In this document: positions 7,136-17,947 of the stretch, one piece after another
Position numbering within the stretch: position 1 is the stretch's first letter
How the letters are laid out: each line of letters begins with the position of its first letter
Virus record (IMG/VR): IMGVR_UViG_3300022752_000089
Span: 1-54,532 of that record
DNA: 54,532 nucleotides
Source of the DNA: a virus
Lineage: Duplodnaviria > Caudoviricetes
Direction: 5' to 3' (one strand)
Made by a program: the position numbers and the translations under genes
Notes under the pieces: model-generated
What the model was told of the DNA's origin: nothing
The model's database searches: none
The model's input: the letters and a program-made list of their open reading frames with translations, nothing else

Positions 7136-8097
7136 TTTTTTTGACTTTTCTAACTGCAATAGCATTATCAGCCGTTGCAGCCTATTATTCTGTTATTGGT
7201 TTGGCTGCAATTTTTCCTGGTTCATTTTTGCCTGTTGTTGTTATGGGTTCTGTGCTTGAAGGATCAAAACTTGTAACAGTATCTTGGTTGTATAATAATT
7301 GGAAACAATGTCCAATTCTTATCAAAACATATCTATGTATGGCGATAACTATTCTGATGCTTATTACATCCATGGGTATCTTTGGTTTCTTATCAAAGGC
7401 ACACCTTGAACATTCATCCGATAATGCACCACTTCTAAACAAGATTGCAATCCTGGATGAAAAGATAAAAACGGAGAAAGAAAATGTGGATGCAAACCGC
7501 AAGATACTCAAACAATATGATGAGATTGTGGACCAGACGATGGGTCGCACAACAGATGAAAAAGGTACCGATAAAGCACAAGCGATACGCCGCACCCAAC
7601 AGAAAGACCGTAGTAGAATATTACAAGAAATTAACCAGTCGCAAACCACCATTGCCGCATACTCCGAGGAACGTGCGCCTCTATCTAATGAGCTTAAGAA
7701 AACAGAAGCGGATGTTGGGCCAATCAAATATATTGCCGCCTTACTCTACAGTGAAACTCTTAATGCTGACATCCTTGACAAGGCGGTACGACTGGTAATT
7801 CTATTGATTATTGTGGTATTTGATCCATTGGCAGTGTTGTTATTGATTGCTGCTAATATGTCAATGAGAAAACCAGAACCACCAAAACCGGTTGTTAAAG
7901 AAACAATAGTAACAGAAGAAATGGACATTCCAGTTTTTGTTCCAAAAGATAATTCAATACACGTTGAGAGAGATAACTTGGCAAATATTGTTATAGATGA
8001 GGCTTCAGGTGAAAGTATTCCGCCAATCAGTGGAACAAAAAAACTTCAACCTAAGTATGATTACAGTGAACCATTTTCGTTTAAGGAAAACAAATGA
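7132..8097 (+). CDS. multi-pass membrane protein with coiled-coil
   Basis: Three N-terminal hydrophobic helices, central heptad-rich region, further TM with FDPLAV. Confidence 0.8.
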   Translation: MIFLTFLTAIALSAVAAYYSVIGLAAIFPGSFLPVVVMGSVLEGSKLVTVSWLYNNWKQCPILIKTYLCMAITILMLITSMGIFGFLSKAHLEHSSDNAPLLNKIAILDEKIKTEKENVDANRKILKQYDEIVDQTMGRTTDEKGTDKAQAIRRTQQKDRSRILQEINQSQTTIAAYSEERAPLSNELKKTEADVGPIKYIAALLYSETLNADILDKAVRLVILLIIVVFDPLAVLLLIAANMSMRKPEPPKPVVKETIVTEEMDIPVFVPKDNSIHVERDNLANIVIDEASGESIPPISGTKKLQPKYDYSEPFSFKENK

Positions 8098-9167
8098 GTA
8101 TATTAGATAAAATTAAAAAGAACAGCAGCATCAAAGATTCTGCTATCTTAGCCAAATCAAAATTCTTTAATGATAAAGATATGATTCCAACCGCAGTGCC
8201 AATTATTAACGTGGCACTTTCTGGTAAGTTAGACGGAGGTCTGACACCAGGTCTTACAATGTGGGCTGGTCCATCCAAGCATTTTAAGACTGCTTTCTCT
8301 TTGTTGATGGCCAAATCTTATTTGGAGAAGTACGATGATGCAGCGCTTTTATTTTATGATTCTGAATTTGGTACACCGCAATCTTATTTTGATTCTTTTG
8401 GTATTGATACCAACCGTGTTTTACATACTCCCCTTACTGATATTGAACAGCTTAAATTTGATATAATGGCTCAGTTGACACAATTAGAACGTGGTGATAA
8501 ATTGATTATTGTCATTGATTCGATTGGTAATCTGGCATCTAAAAAAGAAGTTGAAGATGCCTTGGCAGAAAAATCAGTTGCTGATATGTCAAGAGCAAAA
8601 CAAGTTAAGAGTTTGTTCCGTATGGTAACACCTCACTTGTCATTAAAAGATATTCCAATGATTGTTGTCAATCACACATACAAAGAGATTGGTATGTTCC
8701 CAAAAGATATCGTTGGTGGTGGTACAGGTTCATATTACTCTGCCGATAATATCTTTATTATTGGTCGTCAACAAGAAAAAGATGGTACAGAAGTTACCGG
8801 TTACAATTTTATTATCAACGTAGAGAAAAGTCGTTATGTTAAAGAAAAATCTAAAATTCCTGTCAGTGTATCTTTTGATGGCGGCATCAGCACTTGGTCT
8901 GGCTTACTTGACCTTGCTCTTGAATCTAAACACGTAGTCAAACCAAAGAATGGTTGGTATCAACGTGTTGATGCAGATGGTGTTATTGAAGAAAAGAATT
9001 ACCGTGAGAAAGACACCGATACCAAAGACTTCTGGATGCCTATTTTGAAACAAAAATCATTCCGTGATTTCATTGAGAACAAGTACCGTGTGGCATCTGG
9101 TGAAATTATGACCAGTAACATTGATGAAACATTTGATGTTGAAACTATGAACGGAACAGAAGCATGA
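8094..9167 (+). CDS. uvsX: RecA-like recombinase UvsX
   Basis: AGPSKHFKT P-loop, YDSEFG, IDSIGNLASKKE, GGGTG. Confidence 0.96.
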   Translation: MSILDKIKKNSSIKDSAILAKSKFFNDKDMIPTAVPIINVALSGKLDGGLTPGLTMWAGPSKHFKTAFSLLMAKSYLEKYDDAALLFYDSEFGTPQSYFDSFGIDTNRVLHTPLTDIEQLKFDIMAQLTQLERGDKLIIVIDSIGNLASKKEVEDALAEKSVADMSRAKQVKSLFRMVTPHLSLKDIPMIVVNHTYKEIGMFPKDIVGGGTGSYYSADNIFIIGRQQEKDGTEVTGYNFIINVEKSRYVKEKSKIPVSVSFDGGISTWSGLLDLALESKHVVKPKNGWYQRVDADGVIEEKNYREKDTDTKDFWMPILKQKSFRDFIENKYRVASGEIMTSNIDETFDVETMNGTEA

Positions 9168-9484
9168 TTGAAGGAATAGATTACTGCTTCATCTATCCAA
9201 AGGATGATAAAACAGCAGTCAACATTAAACTTTTGGAAGGACCATATAAAGATACTATCTTTAAATATGGTAAGGTAAAATTTAAAGAAGAAAATGAGCA
9301 GGTCTATTTACTTTTTGCTTACGATGTGTTAGAATCACCTGTAATGAAGCCAGCAAAGCTGGAAAAAAATGACACATTTAAGAATTATATTGGTGACTTA
9401 TTGGTAGAAATAATGTCATCTAACATTGAACAGGAAGTAATTGATGAAGCTGGAACAGACGATATTAAAGAACCTAATCTATAA
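9164..9484 (+). CDS. conserved hypothetical protein at the T4 gp40 position
   Basis: Between uvsX and gp41, overlaps both. Confidence 0.7.
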   Translation: MIEGIDYCFIYPKDDKTAVNIKLLEGPYKDTIFKYGKVKFKEENEQVYLLFAYDVLESPVMKPAKLEKNDTFKNYIGDLLVEIMSSNIEQEVIDEAGTDDIKEPNL

Positions 9485-10832
9485 TGATGATTACCTACGT
9501 AAAGTATTACCATTTCTAAAGACAGAATATTTTACCGATAGAACTGATAGGACACTTTTCAATGAAATTACATCATTCACAGAATCTTACAATTCTCCGC
9601 CAACGATTGAAGCACTTGTATTGGCCGTCAAAGAAAAACGAAATCTCACAGATGATGAAGTGGAAAAGTGCGAAACTTATCTACAAGAGATTGAACAAAC
9701 TAAAGACACAGAATCCAAGGTTCAATGGCTTGTTGACAAGACCGAACAATTTTGCCAAGAGAAGGCCATATACAACGCAGTATTGGGGTCTATTTCTATT
9801 CTCGATGGAAAAGACAAAACGAATGACAAAGGTTCGATTCCCAAAATACTATCGGACGCCTTGGCGGTAACGTTTGATACATCCGTTGGCCACGATTATC
9901 TTGAAAACTCCGATGAACGATATGAATTCTATCATAAGAAAGAAGAAAGAATTCCATTCGACCTTGACCTATTCAACAAGATAACCAAAGGTGGTTTGCC
10001 TAAGAAAACACTGAATATTGCTCTTGCAGGAACTGGTGTTGGTAAATCATTGTTCATGTGCCATGTTGCTGCAGGTGCTATGGTACAAGGCAAAAATGTT
10101 TTATATATTACCATGGAAATGGCTGAAGAAAAAATTGCTGAACGTATTGATGCTAATATGTTGAATGTAACTATTGATGACCTTATGGATTTACCGAAAG
10201 AGATGTATGATAGAAAAATTACGAAACTCCGTGAAAAGACTGTTGGAAAACTTATCATTAAAGAGTACCCAACAGCGTCTGCAAGCAGCATACATTTTCG
10301 TACCCTACTCAACGAACTCAATCTTAAAAAGTCTTTTGTACCTGATATTATTTTCATTGACTACCTCAATATTTGTTGTTCTTCTCGCATCAAAGCAGGA
10401 GCCAATGTCAACTCATATTCCTACGTTAAATCCATCGCCGAGGAGTTGCGAGGTCTTGCCGTTGAGTTCGGAGTACCTATTGTTTCTGCGACACAGACAA
10501 CTAGAAGTGGATTTACTTCTTCCGATCCCGGACTTGAGGACACAAGTGAGTCTTTTGGTTTGCCGGCAACCGCTGATTTAATGTTCGCATTGATTTCTTC
10601 CGAAGAACTAGAAGAACTTGGTCAGATTATGGTGAAACAGTTGAAGAATCGTTATAATGATCCAACATTTCATAAGAGATTTACTTTGGGTATTGACAGG
10701 TCTAAAATGAGACTGTATGATATTGAACAATCAGCACAACAAGGTTTGGCTGATGCGGGCCACGATAAACCATTAAATACATTTGGTGACCGTGAAAAAT
10801 CACAGAAGAAATTTACTGGATTTAAAGTATGA
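9444..10832 (+). CDS. gp41: replicative DnaB-like helicase
   Basis: AGTGVGKS, YITMEMAEE, IFIDYLNI, ATQTTR, QLKNRY. Confidence 0.96.
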   Translation: MKLEQTILKNLIYNDDYLRKVLPFLKTEYFTDRTDRTLFNEITSFTESYNSPPTIEALVLAVKEKRNLTDDEVEKCETYLQEIEQTKDTESKVQWLVDKTEQFCQEKAIYNAVLGSISILDGKDKTNDKGSIPKILSDALAVTFDTSVGHDYLENSDERYEFYHKKEERIPFDLDLFNKITKGGLPKKTLNIALAGTGVGKSLFMCHVAAGAMVQGKNVLYITMEMAEEKIAERIDANMLNVTIDDLMDLPKEMYDRKITKLREKTVGKLIIKEYPTASASSIHFRTLLNELNLKKSFVPDIIFIDYLNICCSSRIKAGANVNSYSYVKSIAEELRGLAVEFGVPIVSATQTTRSGFTSSDPGLEDTSESFGLPATADLMFALISSEELEELGQIMVKQLKNRYNDPTFHKRFTLGIDRSKMRLYDIEQSAQQGLADAGHDKPLNTFGDREKSQKKFTGFKV

Positions 10833-11026
10833 ACACAAGAGATATTAAAGAAATAAAAATTAATTTTAATAATAAAAGTTGGGATCCACAAAAATCCAAT
10901 ATATTATTAAAGTATGATCCAAAATCCAAAATGGGTTTTAGTGTATCTATTATTTCTGTTGATTCAGAACCAAAGATTATCAGTTTAGATGAAGCAAACG
11001 AAGTATTAAAGAAATTTAAATTATGA
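10829..11026 (+). CDS. hypothetical protein
   Basis: ATGA overlaps on both sides. Confidence 0.6.
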   Translation: MNTRDIKEIKINFNNKSWDPQKSNILLKYDPKSKMGFSVSIISVDSEPKIISLDEANEVLKKFKL

Positions 11027-12129
11027 AGTTAGAATTTAATGATGCAGTACATTGTGCTAAAGTATTTGAAGATTACTTTGGTAACTTTGACCGGATTGAT
11101 GAATATATGCGTGACCAGAAATTGAATTCTCTGGCTGAACTTCCATCTAATCCTTTGTTTGCAATTGAAGATGAATTGTTTCAGAATTTCACGATGCATC
11201 CAAAAGATATGGATTTTGAAGTATTGGAAATACCATCAGAAACATGGGAAACATTATTGAATATAACTTCTTCACACATTAATATTTCACCAGTCGGTCG
11301 TCAGATTAGATTGGCAGTACGTGAGAAGAACACAGGAAAGTACGTAGGATTCATCCGTCTTGGTTCACCTGTAATCAATATGAAACCTCGTAATGAAATG
11401 CTTGGCCAAGTGTTTACGCAACAAACTGAATGGGGTAAACGATTCAATGATTCTTCAATGATGGGTTTTGTTATTGTACCTGCACAACCATTTGGTTTTA
11501 ATTATCTTGGCGGTAAACTTCTGGCTGCAATCTGTACATCACATGAAGTACGTGAGATTATTAACAAGAAGTATGGTATGAATCTATGTCTATTTGAAAC
11601 TACCAGTCTCTATGGAAGTTCCAAGACTGTTTCACAATATGATGGTATGAAACCATATATCAGATATAGAGGTCTTACTGATTCTGATTTTCTACCTATG
11701 ATGCACGGTAAACCATATTCTGATTTACGTGATTTTGTGGAAAGTAAAGTTGGTAAAATTGTAGAAGATGATATTTCTAGCAAAAAGTTAAAAACATCCA
11801 TGAAGATTATATCACTCACTAAAGCAGCACTTAAAGGTACTCCTGAAGGTGGCACATTCCAAGCAACGATTGAGAAGGCTAAAGGGTTGACAGAGCAGAA
11901 AAGATATTATATCAGTGACTATGGTTTTAAGAACATGGTTGACTATGTAAATTGTAAGACGGACGTGCTTATTCCTGGTGAAAACTATGAAAAACACAAA
12001 TTGGTAAACTTGATTGAGTGGTGGAGAAACAAGTCCATAAATAGATATGAAACACTTAATTCTGAGCGTAGATTGAGGTCTGAATTGGAAATCTGGACCT
12101 CTGGTAAAGATATACAAATTATCAGGTAA
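11023..12129 (+). CDS. DUF4338/DruA-like protein
   Basis: PVGRQIRL, VPAQPFGFNYLGGKLLA, ETTSLYG resemble DUF4338 (Druantia DruA) motifs. Confidence 0.7.
   Translation: MKLEFNDAVHCAKVFEDYFGNFDRIDEYMRDQKLNSLAELPSNPLFAIEDELFQNFTMHPKDMDFEVLEIPSETWETLLNITSSHINISPVGRQIRLAVREKNTGKYVGFIRLGSPVINMKPRNEMLGQVFTQQTEWGKRFNDSSMMGFVIVPAQPFGFNYLGGKLLAAICTSHEVREIINKKYGMNLCLFETTSLYGSSKTVSQYDGMKPYIRYRGLTDSDFLPMMHGKPYSDLRDFVESKVGKIVEDDISSKKLKTSMKIISLTKAALKGTPEGGTFQATIEKAKGLTEQKRYYISDYGFKNMVDYVNCKTDVLIPGENYEKHKLVNLIEWWRNKSINRYETLNSERRLRSELEIWTSGKDIQIIR
12036..12043 (+). promoter_or_regulatory. late promoter candidate
   Basis: CATAAATA ~105 nt upstream of the nuclease gene. Confidence 0.45.
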
Positions 12130-12148
12130 ATTTTTTTATTGGAAAAAA

Positions 12149-13264
12149 ATGGAAAAACAATTAAAATTCAATAGAGGAGATGTAGCTGAAGGTATACTTG
12201 GTGCAGCTATGGCCGCCAAATTTATTAATCGTCCTAAATCTTTAAAAGATAAAAATATTAAACTAACAAAACAAATGATTGATAAAGTTTTAGATGACGT
12301 TTTTAAAAACTCAATGAATCATAAAGAATACAAAGTAAAAGATATTATAGTAAAACAAGGTAAAATATCAATTGATAAAATAGATTTTACAATAAATCTT
12401 CCTATTGCTGCAGCAGATTTATTATCATCTAAAGAAGATAGAAGAATTGTTTATGATTTATATGAATCTTCAATAGAGTATATTGAAGAAACCTGGATAA
12501 ATGAAATACTTATCTTTGCAATCAATGGAGAAATAGATAAAATTGGTATAAGTTCGGATGGTGTTGGTGACCAGAAAGGAACAAAAGCGGATATTAAATT
12601 AAAAGTTAATGGAAAAGATTATTCTAGGCAAATATCTTTAAAAGTTAAAGGTGGCGACCAATTTTTTCAAGTTAGTGGTCATGAATTTGAAAAACAAATA
12701 ACTTTATGGAGTGATATACTTAAATTAGATATCTCAAAGATGAAAAAAAAATATGACGATGCATTATCAAAATATGATAAATCGGAATTTTTTTTGAGTC
12801 GTGAAGATAAGAGAGTTGAAGCTGTTAAAGATATGTTAAAAAACGCAACGTCTATTGTTTATCGTGAAGCTGCAAAACAAATGCAAGCAAAAGTCAAATC
12901 CAAAGACGATATTTTTTTTACTAATTTAGCAACCATTATATTTCATGGAGCTACAAAAGGAAATGAAACGATTGAATTAGTTAAATTGGAAAAAGGCAAA
13001 TTTAAACAATTAAAATTCAATAAAGATTTTGTGAATTCATATTCTGATGTTTTAAAAAAAAATAATTTAAAGATTATGTTTGTTGAGGGTATAGATCCTG
13101 TTGTTAGAGTGTATGCTAATTCGGTTGTTAAAGATAATTTAATAATACAATTCAGGACTAAAATCGCAACGGAATCAACAACAACAAAAGCTGGTAAAAA
13201 ATATTCTCCGTATTTAAGAAATATTGTTGAATCAGGCCCATCAATGTTTAGTTTATCGAAATAA
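12149..13264 (+). CDS. putative PD-(D/E)XK endonuclease
   Basis: GDVAEG helix, KADI...QISLK catalytic pattern; very AT- and Lys-rich. Confidence 0.65.
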   Translation: MEKQLKFNRGDVAEGILGAAMAAKFINRPKSLKDKNIKLTKQMIDKVLDDVFKNSMNHKEYKVKDIIVKQGKISIDKIDFTINLPIAAADLLSSKEDRRIVYDLYESSIEYIEETWINEILIFAINGEIDKIGISSDGVGDQKGTKADIKLKVNGKDYSRQISLKVKGGDQFFQVSGHEFEKQITLWSDILKLDISKMKKKYDDALSKYDKSEFFLSREDKRVEAVKDMLKNATSIVYREAAKQMQAKVKSKDDIFFTNLATIIFHGATKGNETIELVKLEKGKFKQLKFNKDFVNSYSDVLKKNNLKIMFVEGIDPVVRVYANSVVKDNLIIQFRTKIATESTTTKAGKKYSPYLRNIVESGPSMFSLSK

Positions 13265-13267
13265 AAT

Positions 13268-13549
13268 ATGCCACTAACAGAATTTGATAAAATTATGAAA
13301 GAATACCAGGATCTGGAAGATGATTTTGGATTCTCTGCTGTATCTGAAGAAGAATACAATTCAGTAATCAACAAAACAGCAGAAACTGCTGATGATTATA
13401 AACATCGTTTGATGGAAGTGGAGAAGATGATTGTCCCTTTCCTAAACAAACTACATAGTACAGGTGATAAGGAATATATCTACTGGCCTAACCGTAAACC
13501 TGCAATTGAAAAACAAATAGAGAAGATACTAAAACTGACTAGAGGTTGA
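13268..13549 (+). CDS. conserved hypothetical protein
   Basis: DFGFSAV...YIYWPNR motif, in operon. Confidence 0.75.
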   Translation: MPLTEFDKIMKEYQDLEDDFGFSAVSEEEYNSVINKTAETADDYKHRLMEVEKMIVPFLNKLHSTGDKEYIYWPNRKPAIEKQIEKILKLTRG

Positions 13550-13551
13550 TT

Positions 13552-14262
13552 ATGACTGCTACTGTGATTATACCAACTACGGGTTCACCGGAGTTGAAAG
13601 ATGCTGTTCAATCCGTACTTGAACAAACCTATGAAACAAAATGTTATGTTGTTGCTGATGGTATTAAACACCATTCAAAAACAAGAATCATTACTGATGA
13701 CTTTCTTTCCAGAAAGAATTTGGAAAGATGTTATCTACCCATCAATGTCGGTGCCAGCGGATTCTATGGCCACCGAGTCTATGCTGGATTTACTCATCTA
13801 ATTGATACTGAATATGTTTTATATTTGGATCAAGACTGTTGGATGGAACCAGAACACGTAGAAACGTGTATCAACACAATCAAAGAAAAAAAATTAGATT
13901 GGACATATTCTCTCAGAAAAATCTGCGATAAAGATGGTAACTACATCACCAATGATGATTGTGAATCGCTTGGTAAATGGCAAACTTATCATGGAGTTAA
14001 TCATATAGATACTAATTGCTATTGCCTTAAAACAGAAATTGCGATAAAATTAGCACAAGTTTGGCATGGTGGTTGGGGACAAGATAGAGTTTGGTTACAA
14101 GCCTTATCTCAATACTTTCCGAATTTTGATTGTACTGGTAAGTACACAGTAAACTATAGAGTAGATGGAAATCCAGGTTCTGTTAACGCAGAATTTTTCC
14201 ATAATGGTAATAATATAATGAAACAAAAATATAATGGAGTTTTCCCATGGCGAAAAATTTAA
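13552..14262 (+). CDS. GT2-family glycosyltransferase
   Basis: VIIPT...SVLEQT...YLDQD (DxD). Confidence 0.88.
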   Translation: MTATVIIPTTGSPELKDAVQSVLEQTYETKCYVVADGIKHHSKTRIITDDFLSRKNLERCYLPINVGASGFYGHRVYAGFTHLIDTEYVLYLDQDCWMEPEHVETCINTIKEKKLDWTYSLRKICDKDGNYITNDDCESLGKWQTYHGVNHIDTNCYCLKTEIAIKLAQVWHGGWGQDRVWLQALSQYFPNFDCTGKYTVNYRVDGNPGSVNAEFFHNGNNIMKQKYNGVFPWRKI

Positions 14263-15116
14263 TCATCGGTGCTTTTACAGGATACAACTACAATCAATTA
14301 AAACCTTGGGTTGAATCTATTGAAACTTGTGGTTTCAAAGGTGATAAAGTAATGATTGTTGGTGATGCAGATGATGATACTTGTGCGGAACTTATACATC
14401 ATGGTTTTGAATTGGTTGCTATGCCAAAAATCAATGCACCAATTCATGTTGCAAGATTCTGGTCAATATATGATTACCTACATCGGACTCCAATATATGA
14501 TATCGTTGTAACCACCGATGTTAAAGATGTTTATTTCCAAAGAGACCCATGTAAATGGATTACTGATAACATGGGTGATAAATCTTTGGTGGCTGGTTCA
14601 GAATCTATTCGTTACCAAGATGAACCATGGGGTAACGATAACTTACTTCAGACATATGGGCAAGAAGTATATAATAGGTTCAAAGACAACATCATTTACA
14701 ATGTAGGAACCTTTGGTGGTAAATGTGAATATGTTAAAGATATGTGCTTCAACATATTCACTAATGCAACCAACAGGCCAATTCCTATCGTTGACCAGGC
14801 GGTCTATAATGTGTTATTGAATATACAACCGTACAAAGATAATGTATTGTTTACCAATCAGGAAGATGGATGGGCAGTACAACTTGGTACTACAGGCGAC
14901 CCAAAAAAGATGGGTCAATTCAGACCATTCTTAACTGAACCAGAACCTGTATTCAACTATCATTCAAAGACAATTACCACAACAGCTGGAATACCACATT
15001 GTATTGTACATCAATATGACCGTGTACCAGTTTGGAAGAGTTTGATGATGAATAAATTTGGCCAAGAAGAGGTGACATTATCTGGCCCAGAATATTTTAC
15101 TTATAGGACAACTTAA
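14247..15116 (+). CDS. GT-A fold glycosyltransferase
   Basis: TTDVKDVYFQRDP, NVG, DQAVYN, IVHQYDR. Confidence 0.8.
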   Translation: MAKNLIIGAFTGYNYNQLKPWVESIETCGFKGDKVMIVGDADDDTCAELIHHGFELVAMPKINAPIHVARFWSIYDYLHRTPIYDIVVTTDVKDVYFQRDPCKWITDNMGDKSLVAGSESIRYQDEPWGNDNLLQTYGQEVYNRFKDNIIYNVGTFGGKCEYVKDMCFNIFTNATNRPIPIVDQAVYNVLLNIQPYKDNVLFTNQEDGWAVQLGTTGDPKKMGQFRPFLTEPEPVFNYHSKTITTTAGIPHCIVHQYDRVPVWKSLMMNKFGQEEVTLSGPEYFTYRTT

Positions 15117-15117
15117 C

Positions 15118-15684
15118 ATGAAAACATTAGTCGATATTATTATTGAGAAAAATTTAAATAATGAAACACATATTGAATTTGGTACAGATAAAGAACACTC
15201 ACATAGGTACTGTACTGGTTTCTATGATAAAGAATTCTTAAAGTATAAAGAAAAACAAATTATTATTACTGAAATTGGTATTGCTAAAGGTGGTAGTTTA
15301 GCTCTATGGCACGAATATTTTGATGATGCTTTTATTCTTGGAATAGATAACCGTGAACAAGGCGCTAAAGAAAATACTAAACACCTTTCAAATGTACATA
15401 TCATTTATGCTCAAGCATATAGTGAAGAATTTGTTCTATCATTACCCATGTCGGATATTATCATTGAAGATGGTTCACATCATTTTGAGGACCAAACAAG
15501 AGCAATTCAACTCTACCTGCAAAAATTGAAACCAGGTGGTGTCTTTATCATTGAGGATATTGCCAAAATGGAATATTGTGATGAATTTAAAAAGTATGTT
15601 CCTGACTCAATGACTTATGAAGTGGTTGATGTTAGAGATATTTCTCCAAATTTTGATAGTATTTTATTTGTTGTGAGAAATTAA
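15118..15684 (+). CDS. class I SAM-dependent methyltransferase (sugar O-methyltransferase-like)
   Basis: GTDK..H.Y, EIGIAKGGSL, IIEDGSH, LKPGGVFIIED. Confidence 0.88.
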   Translation: MKTLVDIIIEKNLNNETHIEFGTDKEHSHRYCTGFYDKEFLKYKEKQIIITEIGIAKGGSLALWHEYFDDAFILGIDNREQGAKENTKHLSNVHIIYAQAYSEEFVLSLPMSDIIIEDGSHHFEDQTRAIQLYLQKLKPGGVFIIEDIAKMEYCDEFKKYVPDSMTYEVVDVRDISPNFDSILFVVRN

Positions 15685-15685
15685 A

Positions 15686-16435
15686 ATGGCTGATTTATCA
15701 TTTATTCATATGGCCACGCCACATAAAACAGTGGCCACTAATCATATCATAAGTAATCTGAGAAAATATCATCCTGATGCCTATTATTTCTTGTCATCCG
15801 ATGGCATTGATGATTTATCTGATATAGCCAAAAAATATAATTGTGAATATAAATTTTACGAAAATAGATTTGGTTCATGTAATGTAAATGGTGGTTATGG
15901 TTATCCAGTAGAAAAGATTATTGCTTGGTTGACCAGATTCTATGAAGTTTGTTTGCGGTGCAAAACATCACATATACAGATGATGGAAGATGATGTTTGG
16001 TTGTTAAAACCAGTTACTGTCAAAAATGAATGGGAAATGGCTGCACATTTAAATAAACCTGGTGATAATTTGATATCTGAGGTTGTGCATGATATGATTG
16101 AACAATATTCAGGTAAAAGGCCTTTGACAAAATATTTTGGTGCTGGTGGTGGAACAATATTCAAGGTATCTACATTCATCGAGAATTATCATAATATTGT
16201 AGAGTTCTTAAATGAGTATGGTGACCGGATGAGAGATTCATATCCACCATTTGGTTCAATAGATGTGTTTATGGTTGTATATTATTTTTTATGTGGAAAA
16301 GATTATACAGTAAATCCATATATGGTTGATGCTCATGCACACCGACCTGGATTTAATTTTGAAGATTTTGTAAGTAAGTTATCTCCAGAAATAGAAATTA
16401 TTAACAACTATAAGAAGTGGTATTGGAATGAGTGA
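15686..16435 (+). CDS. putative GT-A glycosyltransferase
   Basis: LSSDG, MMEDDVW, GAGGGTIF; in glycan island. Confidence 0.7.
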   Translation: MADLSFIHMATPHKTVATNHIISNLRKYHPDAYYFLSSDGIDDLSDIAKKYNCEYKFYENRFGSCNVNGGYGYPVEKIIAWLTRFYEVCLRCKTSHIQMMEDDVWLLKPVTVKNEWEMAAHLNKPGDNLISEVVHDMIEQYSGKRPLTKYFGAGGGTIFKVSTFIENYHNIVEFLNEYGDRMRDSYPPFGSIDVFMVVYYFLCGKDYTVNPYMVDAHAHRPGFNFEDFVSKLSPEIEIINNYKKWYWNE

Positions 16436-17252
16436 TATTAGTATTGTAACAGCATTTTTTGATATTGGCCGTGGTGATTGGACACCTAGTAAAGGTCTTC
16501 CACATTATCTGGAAAGAAGTAACGAAACATACATTGAAAGATTTTCACACCTGTGCAAATTGGAAAATGAAATTATTGTATTCACTTCTGAAGATTTAGT
16601 TGAAAGACTAGAAAAAGTTTGTGCTGATAGAATGGATAGAACCAAGATTATTGCATTTGATGTGCAGAAACAGTTTGCTTCGATGAGGCAACAGATTGAA
16701 CGAGTACAGAAAAGTTCTGAATTCAAAAATGCCGTTGTGCCATCACAAGCAAAGAATCCAGAATATTGGAATCCTGATTATGTTTTGGTAACTGACTTGA
16801 AGGCTTACTTCACACATTATGCAATAGGAAAGAATCTAACATCCAATGATATGGTGGCGTGGATTGACTTTGGTTATTGCAGGTCAGAAAAGAATATTCC
16901 ACCAAGTAAGAAGTGGTCTTATGATTTTGATCCTGAAAAGATTCATCTATTCTCATACAAAGACTTTGATAGAAGAACACCTGTATCACAAGCAATCCTG
17001 TCAAATGATGTTTACATTCTTGGTGCCAAAGTTGTTGCACATAAAGATAATTGGCCAATCTTAGAAGGATTGATGCGTGAATCTTTCAATCAATTGTTGG
17101 ATAATAATCTGGTAGATGATGACCAAGGACTTTGGTTAGTTTCATATTTGTTACATCCGCATATATTTGAATTGCATAAGATACCTGACCATCAATTCGG
17201 ACACGATCCATTTGTTTTATTTAATGATTTTAATTTGGAGGTAACATTATAA
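16428..17252 (+). CDS. HtrL/YibB (WlaTC) family glycosyltransferase
   Basis: IVTAFFDIGRGDW, AWIDFGY, VDDDQ. Confidence 0.88.
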   Translation: MSDISIVTAFFDIGRGDWTPSKGLPHYLERSNETYIERFSHLCKLENEIIVFTSEDLVERLEKVCADRMDRTKIIAFDVQKQFASMRQQIERVQKSSEFKNAVVPSQAKNPEYWNPDYVLVTDLKAYFTHYAIGKNLTSNDMVAWIDFGYCRSEKNIPPSKKWSYDFDPEKIHLFSYKDFDRRTPVSQAILSNDVYILGAKVVAHKDNWPILEGLMRESFNQLLDNNLVDDDQGLWLVSYLLHPHIFELHKIPDHQFGHDPFVLFNDFNLEVTL

Positions 17253-17938
17253 TGAATCTAGTATCACAAGATACAGCAATATTAATTACGGCTTATACTG
17301 GCGGTAACGATCCATCTCATTATAATTGTGGTAATGATAATGTTATAATGAGTAAAAGAAAAATGGCCAAAACTCTGGTAAAATATTTAAGAGAAACTGG
17401 TTATTATATTTGTTTATCTTCACATTCAACCTTAGATGAAGAAACTCAGAATCTATGTCATTCTTTTATCTATGATTCGGATAATCGTTGGCAAATAGAT
17501 GGAATTCCTAAACGACCAAACCATGGTGTTGCGGAATTATCTGCCATACATAATGGAGTAAATATGCTCAGTCGTTATGGTTTTAAAAATATATTTAAAC
17601 TTTGTTATGACCAACACCCAGATTTGGATTACACAAAATTGATTAAAAAATATGAATCGTTAGATAAAAAATTAGTCACATTTAAATATCCAGGTGTTTT
17701 AGCAACTATGTGTTTTTATAGTAATATCGAATTCTTTAAAGAAACATTTCCTATGACTGAGATATATCGTGCTGAATCAGCATTAGAGAATGCCTGGCAC
17801 GATTCTGTTAGAGACCGTGGAATGATGGATTCAGTTTATGGTTATTCTTCTTTTAATGAAATGTTAGAATTGCCTGCTGGTGAATCACCACATTTTTCAA
17901 TATTAGGTAGTAATTTAAATGAATACAATTATCAATAA
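17252..17938 (+). CDS. hypothetical protein, possibly GT-like
   Basis: 228-aa ORF in glycan island; NHGVAE, FKLCYD. Confidence 0.65.
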   Translation: MNLVSQDTAILITAYTGGNDPSHYNCGNDNVIMSKRKMAKTLVKYLRETGYYICLSSHSTLDEETQNLCHSFIYDSDNRWQIDGIPKRPNHGVAELSAIHNGVNMLSRYGFKNIFKLCYDQHPDLDYTKLIKKYESLDKKLVTFKYPGVLATMCFYSNIEFFKETFPMTEIYRAESALENAWHDSVRDRGMMDSVYGYSSFNEMLELPAGESPHFSILGSNLNEYNYQ

Positions 17939-17947
17939 AAGTTTACT

